A stretch of 64,000 bases of DNA from Octopus sinensis (lineage: Eukaryota), in contig NC_043003.1 of NCBI RefSeq assembly GCF_006345805.1, positions 58,280,001-58,344,000 on the forward strand, given 5' to 3'. The position numbers and the translations under genes were made by a program. A model generated the notes under the pieces. The model saw nothing but the letters and a program-made list of their open reading frames with translations, was not told where the DNA came from and searched no databases. Numbering within the stretch: position 1 is the stretch's first letter; each line of letters opens with the position of its first letter. Shown in pieces: positions 53,729 through 64,000 of the stretch.

Positions 53729-54801
53729 TCTTCTATTTTTTAATTATTATAAATCTTCCACCGAGGAGGGAACCGGTTTCCAACAAAGATAGAAGGCTCC
53801 ATCTTGGGATATAGTTAACAGAGACAAATTCACATTTGGTATGTATGTATGTATGTATGTATGTATGTATGTATGTATGTATGTATGTATGTATGTATGT
53901 ATGTATGTATGTATGCATGTATGTATGTATGTATGTATGTATGTATATACACATTCATGTGTGTGTGTGCATACATACACAGACACATATACAAAAATGT
54001 ACATACGTACATACATACATAAATACATAGAACAGCTTTTTACTTACAAGAAGACTTAAATTATTAAAACCACGAGAGGAACATACAGAGGAGGGTTGTC
54101 CCCAGAGTAATGCACGAATGGACATATCTCTTTTTGCAGCTGACATTGGTCTTTCGAATAGCACACGACGTCTTTTCTTCCTCAAAACTAAGGTAATACT
54201 CAACATAACGTCCATCATAAGCGATGCATTTATGTGCTATTCTTGAACCTAACTCTCGAAGCCATTTTGAAAACATTTAGGCGTGTACCGTAGTACACAC
54301 TTATTCATAGTCCTTCATTGGGTCGAACAGATGGGAGTCGGGCTGCTCAGCAGTCCACCATCTACCGTTTATCGTAAATCTGGGTTGGATAGTGGATGCG
54401 ATACCATTAAACAACCTAATTTGTCGATTGGTCTGTTTATGTCCTCGTAGCATAGCAGTTCGGCAAAATAACCGATAGAATAAGCACTAGTCCTACAAAG
54501 AATGAGTCCTGGGGTCGATTTCTTCGATTAAAGCCCTTTAAGGCGGTGTTCCAGCATGGCCACAGTGAAATGGTTGAAACCCCTTTTACCCCATTTCTAC
54601 AATTAGAAAATCTTTATTGCTTACTTCTCTCTCTCACAACCTTGAAGCAGTCTGGAACAACCAAATCTTAGTCAGTCAGTGGAGGGACTCCACTACCTCA
54701 TATGTTCTTAAAATTTAAATCCACATCTTTGTCTATATATCTACCTTCTCAATAATGTTGCCACTTGATTTGAAAATTTTTGTATTAATGGAAAACCTCT
54801 A

Positions 54802-54893
54802 TAATTGGCTGATGAGTACTCAGCATCTTAAATCTGTTGTAATACTTACAACATTCAATAAAATGATGTAGTACGAAAGATCGTACCCAATTA
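54802..54893 (+). ncRNA. Hammerhead ribozyme-like motif with long stem II and damaged stem III
   Basis: Stem I taattgg/ccaatta, CTGATGA, stem II gtact..gcatc/gatgt-agtac, GAAA; gatcgtac does not give a canonical NUH register. Confidence 0.55.
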
Positions 54894-55026
54894 CCGGGTC
54901 ATTCTTGTTGCTTATTTTTGATTATAATCCACCCACGGATTTGTATGGATAACACCATACAAAATTCTGGTGCATCTAAATTAAGTACCATATTCCATTT
55001 GAATCTAAATTTTTTGCTGAACTTAT

Positions 55027-55058
<32 letters not shown>

Positions 55059-55389
55059 ATAATAAATCAATAATAAATAAACATAGCATATATACATACA
55101 TATATGTACGTACCTACCTCTACATGTATATATACATGCATATATGGGTCAGGACACCAAAAAACGTCGAACACAATGAGAAACGAAAACATAAACACAA
55201 AAACAAGGAAATGGACATTTTCTTTTAACAACGAAAAATAGAGTACAGGACATACAACACAAGGAAAATTCCCCTTCTTCAGTCGCCTTTGTTTCATCTA
55301 CTCCACGTTTCGAAGGTCAAGGCGATACATGACTTCAATAAAACTTTCCTTGCCGCGATATATATTATATATTATATATTATATATAAT

Positions 55390-55795
55390 CGGCGCAGGAA
55401 TGGCTCTGTGGTAAGTATCTTGCTTACCAGCCACATGGTTCCGGGTTCAGTCCCACTGCGTGGCACCTTGCGCAAGTGTCTTCTACTATAGCCTCGGGCC
55501 GACCAAAGCCTTGTCAGTGGATTTGGTAGAAGGAAGCTGAAACAAACTCGTCGTATATATGTATATGTATATATATCTGTGTGTGTGTGTGTATGCGTGT
55601 CTGTGTTTGTCCCCCCCAACATCGCTTGACAACCGATGCTGGTGTGTTTACGTCCCCGTAACTTAGCGGTTCGGCAAAACAGACTGATAGAATAAGTACT
55701 AGGCTTACAATGAATAAGTCCTGGAGTCGATTTGCTCGACTAAAGGCGGTGCTCCAGTATGGCCGCAGTCAACTGACTGAAACAAGTACAAGAGT
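55390..55795 (+). mobile_element. SINE family B (young)
   Basis: Full-length, flanked by (TA)n. Confidence 0.88.
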
Positions 55796-56224
55796 ATATA
55801 TATATATGTATGTATGTATACATGGTGGCAGCCCCCTCGTTATCGATTATGGCCATTGCACGAAGCTTAATCAATGTTGTTATCGTGCAATGCCTGTGCA
55901 AGAAGATTTTTTTATTAAGTGAGGAAAGGCTGTGCACTGTGTCAATCTCACTCACTAAGCAACAACAGCCATAATCCGAAAAGAAGAACAAGTCAACATC
56001 ATCGGTAACCACTGAGCCGCAGGTTTATGTCGAAGTTATCCCAGTTACCCGAGTTACCTTCTCCTAGAAGGATGCCCTAACAAAGGCTAGGAGTCCTTCA
56101 CTCCCAATGGTTTAACCGCGCGATTGGGTATTCAGTCCGATTATTTCTATGTCCCCGCGCACGATAAGTTTGATGTAAGGAGAAAAATAAATAAATAAAT
56201 AAATAAAACATACGATATATATAT

Positions 56225-56469
56225 CATCATCATCATCATCATCATCGTTTAACGTCCGTTTTCCGCGCTAGCACGGGTTGACGGTTTCGACCGGGGTCTG
56301 GGGAGCTCGGGACTGCCCCAGGCTCCAGTCTAGTCTGGCAGTGTTTCTACAGCTGGATGCCCTTCCTAACGCCAACCACTCCGCGAGTGTAGTGGGTGTT
56401 TTTTACGTGCCACACCTGCACAGGTGCCAGAGGGGTCTGGCATCGGCCACGTTCGGATGGTGCTTTTTT
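56225..56469 (-). mobile_element. Family E element with RTE-like (GAT)n tail
   Basis: Homologous to 1102-1350. Confidence 0.7.
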
Positions 56470-57285
56470 GGGGGGGTGCAGAAATATAGGGGAGCACCAG
56501 TGGGAGGGGTGGTTCAGAGGACAGGTACTAGTCAAGTAGAACGTAGGATATCGAGAGAGGGGTAATGCATGGTGAAATAGCGTATTGAAGAGGGGGTTCA
56601 AAGAGTAGACACCTATAATGGTGGTGGGGGGTGCAGAAATATAGGGGAGCACCAGTGGGAGGGGTGGTTCAGGGGACAGGTTCTAGGCAAGTAGAACGTA
56701 GGATATCGAGAGAGGGGTAATGCATGGTGAAATAGCGTATTGAAGAGGGGGTTTCAAAAGAGTAGACACCTATAATGGTGGTGGGGGGGTGCAGAAATAT
56801 AGAGGAGCACCAGTGGGAGGGGTGGGCACCAGTGGGAGGGGTGGTTCAGAGGACAGGTTCTAGGCAAGTAGAACGTAGGATATCGAGAGAGGGGTAATGC
56901 ATGGTGAATAGCGTATTGAAGAGGGGGTTCAAAGAGTAGACACCTATAATGGTGGTGGGGGGGTGCAGAAATATAGGGGAGTACCAGTGGGAGGGGTGGT
57001 TCAGAGGACAGGTTCTAGGCAAGTAGAACGTAGGATATCGAGAGAGGGGTATGCATGGTGAATAGCGTATTGAAGAGGGGGTTCAAAGAGTAGACACCTA
57101 TAATGGTGGTGGGGGATGCAGAAATATAGGGGAGCACCAGTGGGAGGGGTGAGCCCAGTGGAAGGGTGGTCCAGAGGACAGGTCTAGGCAAGAAGAACGT
57201 AGGATATCGAGAGAGGGGTAATGCATGGTGAAATAGCGTATTGAAGAGGGAGTTCAAAGAGTAGACACCTATAATGGTGGTGGGA
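56470..57285. repeat. ~155-bp G-rich tandem repeat, about 5 units
   Basis: (g/a)tgcagaaatat recurs at 56476, 56631, 56789, 56963, 57116. Confidence 0.93.
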
Positions 57286-57360
57286 GAAACGACATCCGGT
57301 TAGTTGGAGCAAAATAGAGATATCCGGTATGGTGGTGGGGGTGGGTCGGGCGGGCGCGCC

Positions 57361-58113
57361 GCGAAGAATCGGCAGCAATAACGATAACTAGTGAATTATA
57401 CAGAATATGCAAAAACGAGGCGAGGCTGAAAATAGTAAACAGAGTGGCGACTAGGGGGATCAGAATAATAATAATTAATACATAATAATAATAAATAGAG
57501 ATGCGGATGAATTAAAGTTCAAAGATTTCTTATCTTGAGATCACTTCGTTTACGGACAGACTTGGCAAAGGAATTCGGAATCAAGAATGAGGCATTTCTA
57601 GCTAAGTATGCATAGCCATGGCGGGTGGTAGGAAGAGAGGAGTCCAGACAGACGACAATGTAAAAAGAGGGGAAGAGAAAAACCCCGCGAAGAATCGGCA
57701 GCCAATAACGATAACTAGTGAATTATACAGAATATGCAAAAACGAGGCGAGGCTGAAAATAGTAAACAGAGTGGCGACTAGGGGATCAGAAAATAATATT
57801 AACATAATAATAATAATAAGAATGAGATGCGGATGAATTAAAGTTCAAGATTTCTTATCTTGAGATCACTTCGTTTACGGACAGACTTGGCAAAGGAATT
57901 CGGAATCAAGAATGAGGCAGTTTACTAGCTTAAGTATGCATAGCCATGGCGGGTGGTAGGAAGAGAGGAGTCCAGACAGACGACAATGTAAAAAGAGGGG
58001 AAGAGAAAAACCCCGCGAAGAATCGGCAGCCAATAACGATAACTAGTGAATTATACAGAATATGCAAAAACGAGGCGAGGCTGAAAATAGTAAACAGAGT
58101 GGCGACTAGGGGG
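57361..58113. repeat. ~328-bp tandem duplication, about 2.3 units
   Basis: gcgaagaatcggcagc recurs at ~57361, 57687, 58016. Confidence 0.92.
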
Positions 58114-58467
58114 AGAAAACATTGATATACAAAATATACATAAAATATATGATGTGAAGTATATAAAAATTTATATAATGAGCAAGCTATAAAAATATAC
58201 AATTTATAAAAATTAGTGAGAAAAAGGCAGATATACAGTAAATATATAATTACACATTTATTGGATGGCCGTTGACTTTCAAGAGTTCCTCCGCCCTTTG
58301 ACGGGTTATGTTTTTCATCCCGCAGGGTGTCCAATAAACACCCTCCTCACTAAGCAAGCTTGGTGGGGTTGCCGGTTTAGTCGCCGACGGCCCGACCATG
58401 CAACAGGTTGTACTGAGTTACATGTACCAGTAGCACTCGAAAGTGACATATATACACATACATACAC

Positions 58468-58553
<86 letters not shown>

Positions 58554-58555
<2 letters not shown>

Positions 58556-58674
58556 TTATTATATAGAAGGAGCTTCTACAGGACTAGAACTGTTTCATCA
58601 AGAGAAATCTTCAGGAAGATTTCTCTTGAATGAAACAGTTCTAGTCCTGTAGAAGCTCCTTCTATATAATAAAT
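58554..58674. repeat. Near-perfect palindrome (59/60-bp arms, 2-nt loop)
   Basis: atttattatatagaagg...aaatcttc-ag-gaagattt...ccttctatataataaat with one 1-nt indel. Confidence 0.95.
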
Positions 58675-58739
58675 TAATTTTACTCTACTATGTATTGAGT
58701 ACCTTATTTACTGTGGTTAACCCCGAATCAACCGGGACC

Positions 58740-58780
<41 letters not shown>

Positions 58781-59536
58781 TTATATATATAGCTATATAT
58801 ATATTTGAATGTTTGTCTGTGTGTGCATGCATGTATATGCGAGTATGTGTATTTGTGTATATGTGTGTGATTTTATTTGTAATTATTTGAATTCTACGAA
58901 CAAGGAAAAATCTAATTTTTAACAAAGAAACAAAGCTCTAGTGACAGAATTTAGATAACAAAATTAAGAGGTGTTACCTGGTGAACGTTAGAAGAGTTTT
59001 GCATATTTTAACTGTTCTGCTTGCAGACTGTATTTGTCAGATACAATTTGTAAGCAGAACAAGTAAAGCAAGCGATTGTAGTTACCTGGTTTCTTTGTTT
59101 TCTTGAAAAATCTTAGTTATTCGAGATTACGTTTTGAAACATTTGCTTTTATAGCCAAATGCACCAACGATTATTGGTGTGAATTTGAATTTGTAATCAG
59201 AGAGCAGAAGGAGCAGCAGATTTCGAAGCAATTGTCAACAAATGCTCTCCTTCTTATTGATTTTGGAAGAGATGTTCACATGTGCAGGGCGGTTAAACTC
59301 TATAAACGAACATAATATCAGGCCTGTGTCCCTAGAAAGACAGGTCTGGTGAGAGACATTAGAATGTTAGAATGTTGTTGACGTTGTTGCTATTTCATAA
59401 CGGTGATGATGATGAAGATGATGTACACTCACTTTCCGATGTGTACGGTTGACTTAAGTCCACCGTACGGAACCTTTAGTTATGAGAAGTTGATCTTGTT
59501 CGCCAACACAAGATATTTAACAAATTCATAATTATG

Positions 59537-59923
59537 GACGGAAGCACTCCGTCGGTTACGACGACGAGGGTTCCGGTTGATCCGAATCAACGGAACAGCC
59601 TGCTCGTGAAATTAACGTGTAAGTGGCTGAGCACTCCACAGACACGTGTACCCTTAACGTAGTTCTCGGGGATATTCAGCGTGGCACAGAGAGTGACAAG
59701 GCCGGCCCTTTGAAATACAGGTACAACAGAAACAGGAAGTAAGAGTGAGAGAAAGTTGTGGTGAAAGAGTACAGCAGGGATCACCACCATCCCCTGCCGG
59801 AACCTCGTGGGGCTTTAGGTGTTTTCGCTCAATAAACACTCACAACGCCCGGTCTGGGAATCGAAACCGCGATCCTATGACCGCGAGTCCGCTGCCCTAA
59901 CCACTGGGCCATTGCGCCTCCAC
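59537..59923 (-). mobile_element. tRNA(Arg)-like SINE with family C head and a different tail
   Basis: Minus strand tggaggcgcaatggcccagtggttagggcagcggactcgcgg; TSD-like tcataattat on both sides. Confidence 0.85.
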
Positions 59924-60011
59924 TCATAATTATAATAAAGGCGTAAAATGAACGCTTACATTTTAGCACAGAAACATAAACCAATATTTATAAATATGTA
60001 CGTTTGTATAT

Positions 60012-60438
60012 ACAGATATCCACCACGTTACGACTACCTCAGTTAGGAGATTTCGCGCTTACGAAAACTCCGATAGATTTTAACATTTTTAAAACCACAA
60101 TTTCTTCTCAGCCAAAGTATAATTAACAATCTAAAGGCAAAGTATAATTAACAATCGGGGGGAAAAACAGCGATAATCGCGATACATATAATACATACGC
60201 ATATATATACATACGTACATACGTACATACATACATACATACATACTACATACAGACAGACAGACACACACACACACACACATTCATACATCATAAGAAT
60301 TTAGAAACTTCGAGAAAACGTGAAATAATTGTTTTTGCCTTCCTTTTCTATTCAAAAGGGTTTTTTAACCCAATACTTACACTATTATTTGCAGCTTTAT
60401 TTGCTTCGAGATCCACTCCTCCATAAATGAATTGCACA

Positions 60439-60474
<36 letters not shown>

Positions 60475-62452
60475 CGGACCTTATTTTTCATAAAATTACT
60501 GTGATTCTTAATGTGGAACGGTTCTTAACTGTGTGGATCGAGAATAATCTTGATGTTTTGCGCCGATAAGCACGATAGTAAATAGAAAAAAAATCTGTAT
60601 GACGATTTATATGAAAAGGAAAGTGAAACTTATTATTAATAGTTATCACCAAGCTAATATGGCAGTCTATAAATATAGGACGAAAGCTGCCGTTGATTAG
60701 ATCCAAGAAGCCATCGCCTCGAGCTAGCTATGTGACACACGAGCCTGAGTCCATTATAACCTTCGAACAGGGGAGGTCAGCCGCTTCCCCTTGCTGGTCA
60801 GGCAACTGCAGACTAGTTTCAGGGTATTTGCCCTTTATCAATGCAGAGCAGCCGAACCCAGAAAGTGAAACTTTTAATGCAAAAACCTTTCCCAGTTAGT
60901 AAACGCTGGTTTGAAAGGTGAAGCGCTTGAATCTGAACTTAAAAGTGACTGGTGAAGCAGGCTGGGCTGATAAAGACTTCTACTAATTATCTTGAGTAAT
61001 TGTGATTACTTCACTCCAGTGTAAGTATAAATATTAAAGAAATTATACTTTTCTTGAAGCTCTTGCCTGCTAGTTGCTCACGCCTGTTAGAACCTTTATT
61101 TCTTGAGAAGAAAATGAACACCAGGCTTTAAAACTTCCAAGAATTACCTGATATTTCTTCTGAGAAGAGATGCCGCTGGTGATATGAAATTATAGCTCAT
61201 AGGGCTTTCAAAGGTTATTCAAAATTTAGTCTACTTTGGATTTGGCGTTGAAATAAGAATGCATAGATACCCAGGAGACTATTCGAAGAATGGTTACATT
61301 TTTTGTCTTCCTGGAGAAAAGTATTGTGCAGAGACAAAATTTTTCGTACAAAGCATTGCTCCTTTTAGATAATGCATTAAACCACTCAGTGAACTTAAAT
61401 GAGCTTTCTGATTGTGAGGATACGGTATATTCCCAAGAATGCAACTGCTTTGCTCCAGCCAATGGCTTAAGATGTGACAGGTAATTTAAAAGCATATTAT
61501 CTAAGAAGAACTTTCCAAAAAATTATGAAAGCAATTGAGAGGGTGGATAAATCTACAGTTAGAAAATTGTGGAAAAAGTTCAACCTAACTGATGCTATTG
61601 ATAACATATCTGAGTCACTGAGCAAAGTGAAGCACGCAGTTGTGAATGATTCTTGAGAAAATGTATGGCCAGATGGTATCCACGACTTCACAAGTTTTCC
61701 ACAGACAGAAAGTCTACATCGAATTCGAAAAGATATTGTGACACAAATGAAGCAAAACTGAAACAAGTCGTAGATGATATTCTTAAGTTGCGAGTGTCTC
61801 GCGGAGAAAGTTTACCGAAAAAGGACCTGATGCGGTTTGAACGAAATCTAGCTGAGAATGCAGAAATTCCACATAAAATTGACTGCAAAGAACATTGCCA
61901 AATGGTTAGATCTGCAAGGTTTTTCTGGGAACAGACCTCAACATGAAGGAAACATAAAAATTACCAGAGGGGTTTACAATCAGCTCACTCCTTACATGGG
62001 GTTGTATAAAGAGATGATGGGTTATAAACATCTAATAATTTCGGATAAGTTCTTCGTCTTTCAATTACATGTAGATGATGATGAACTATAAGATAGGTGC
62101 TCGTATCTCTCATACACCCAGTAACTTTCATTCCACCACCACTCCTTACACACAGTTTAACATTTTTCGTCGTAAAAACGTACTCTATTATGATATCACG
62201 ATTCTTGTTTATTTTATTTATTCCCTAACGTATTTCGCTTCAAATGTTTTTATTCGAAGATGTTTTATTGTATATGTTTAGAAATTGGTATGTTTAAATC
62301 CTTCGTCGTCGTTGTTCGAAAGAAAAAAGAAAAAAATAACTCGTCGCAATGCATTTTCTCTTTATGATATGAAAAAAACCAACGAGAAACTTCGTTTCGA
62401 GTTACGACCAGATTTTCAGGAACGCATTGCTACTGCAACGTAGGAGATTCAC
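60012..62452 (+). mobile_element. Tigger/pogo-like DNA transposon fossil
   Basis: KVTGEAGWAD, KALLLLDNALNH, NLKAYYLRRTF, LWKKFNLTDAIDNI motifs. Outer ends are tentative (cagatatccaccacgttacg). Confidence 0.75.
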
Positions 62453-62609
62453 ACACATACATGACACACGCGCACACACACACACACACAGACACACACA
62501 CACACACACAACATACACACACACATCCATCAGTCCATCCACACCACATCTATCCATCCGTCCATCCATCCATCCATCCATCCATCCATACATACATACA
62601 TACACACTC

Positions 62610-62649
<40 letters not shown>

Positions 62650-63276
62650 CCATCAGTCCATCCACACCACATCTATCCATCCATCCATCCATACATACAT
62701 ACATACATACACACTCACACGCACGCACACACACACACACACACCACACACACACACACACCTGTACTTCGGTTTACAAGTCACTCAGTTTTCACGGTTC
62801 CGGCTTTGGTCAGATTTTCTTCTTTACTTTTTTCAATTTCATATATTTCACTTTAAAATATCACTTAGTCATTTCGTCATTTCCGCTTAGGTTTTTCTTT
62901 TCATTTTCCTTTCATTTCACTTCCATATGTCTTCTACGATAATCTTATTTTTTATATTTTGAAAAATATTTTGAAAATTAAAGTTTCAAACGTCAAACCA
63001 AAAAAAAAAAAAAACGGACAAGAAAGATGATTTCCTTAGACCTGGAGTAGAGAGAGCATTTCATTGATGGTGTTGTGAATGGAAATAAAATGGACTTTGA
63101 CAAACATAACTGACTGATCGATTGCCCGCACAATTAATCAAACAATCGATTAGTTAATTGGTTAACTTAGTTAAACGTTAACGAATTCACTAATGATAAT
63201 AAATGAAGTGAAACTTAACCATTGCAAGTATACATTGTTGGCATAATGACCCTTCCAAGATGCACCAAAATAAGAA

Positions 63277-63882
63277 GTAATATTTATCCCCAATTAAAGG
63301 TGCATGTTCCTTTAGAACAAACTGCAGCTGTATATATCATGAGAGACACTTTTTGTGCAAAATGCACGCTCGTTTATACCGCCATCTCCAGCGCCACGAC
63401 CACCAGTTCACGTGATTTCGACCTTCCTTGGTCTCCTCAATGAAGGGCGCTCGGCTTCTAGAGATAGCAGCGATTCATCTTCCCATCAGTGATATATAAA
63501 AATAAGCAGTGCCAGAACAGGTGCTGGTATCGCGATTAGCCAGTGAGCTTGTTAAAGATTATATATTAGCTAAAGACAGTAGCGATTCATGCCCCCGCCA
63601 GCGATATGTAGAACAACAGTGCTGGAATAGACGCTGGTATCGCGATTAGCTAGTGAGCTTGTAAAAGAATATGTATTAGCGACTGAGGCAGAATTAATAC
63701 CGAGCGGTAATATTTATTCCCAATTACACGTAGGTGTTCTGCTAGAACAAACTTTACTGATGCAGTTACAAAGAGAGAAACTCTCATAATAGCTTTTGGT
63801 GCAAAATGCACTGTTGTTTATATCGCTAGCGGGGAGATAAACCCCCGCCATCTCCAGCGCCGAGACCACCAGATCATTTGAT
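63277..63882. repeat. Diverged nested direct and inverted repeats
   Basis: 63277-63415 resembles 63707-63882; ~110-bp tandem pair at 63459-63570 and 63571-63680. Confidence 0.65.
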
Positions 63883-64000
63883 AAAGGTTCGATAGAAACT
63901 ATTAAATAGTTTAATATAATCGATACAAACAACCGTTAGAACAATTAAAAGAAACAGAGAAAACATCGGAGCCGATGATAATCGGAAAGAGATTTCGGAT

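Noticed and set aside
54140-54192. 53-nt exon (tttttgcag|...aag|gtaata)
   Set aside because: Splice-like signals only, no recognisable product or partner exons.
1265-62942. Numerous short ORFs rich in YI, CV, HT, poly-I, poly-L or poly-N, and ORFs such as RRGRLCLSSFRGRLNKYQL
   Set aside because: Translations of (TA)n, (CA)n, (TATG)n, (TAA)n microsatellites or of SINE bodies.

Overview
AT-rich, microsatellite-dense eukaryotic genomic DNA, very probably octopus/cephalopod (inferred from the repeat families). The only clear host gene is the 3' end of a Dachsous (DCHS1-like) atypical cadherin on the + strand: an internal exon at 231-402 spliced in frame to a terminal exon at 1692-4293. The remaining ~60 kb is mostly transposon-derived. 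It holds a near full-length R4/Dong-clade non-LTR retrotransposon (31.9-36.0 kb; RT, CCHC and restriction-like endonuclease) inserted in (TAA)n, plus truncated or deleted relatives stacked in TAA and TA microsatellites whose 3' UTRs share a hairpin fold. It also holds Penelope-like fossils and a set of minimal hammerhead-ribozyme-like motifs mostly next to (TA)n, several tRNA-derived SINE families, mariner, Tigger/pogo and hAT fossils, a hAT-type MITE with octamer/CCAAT inverted repeats, minisatellites and local inverted duplications. Most ORFs in the supplied track are microsatellite or SINE artefacts. Repeat boundaries were read by eye and are approximate; family names come from recalled motifs, not database searches.
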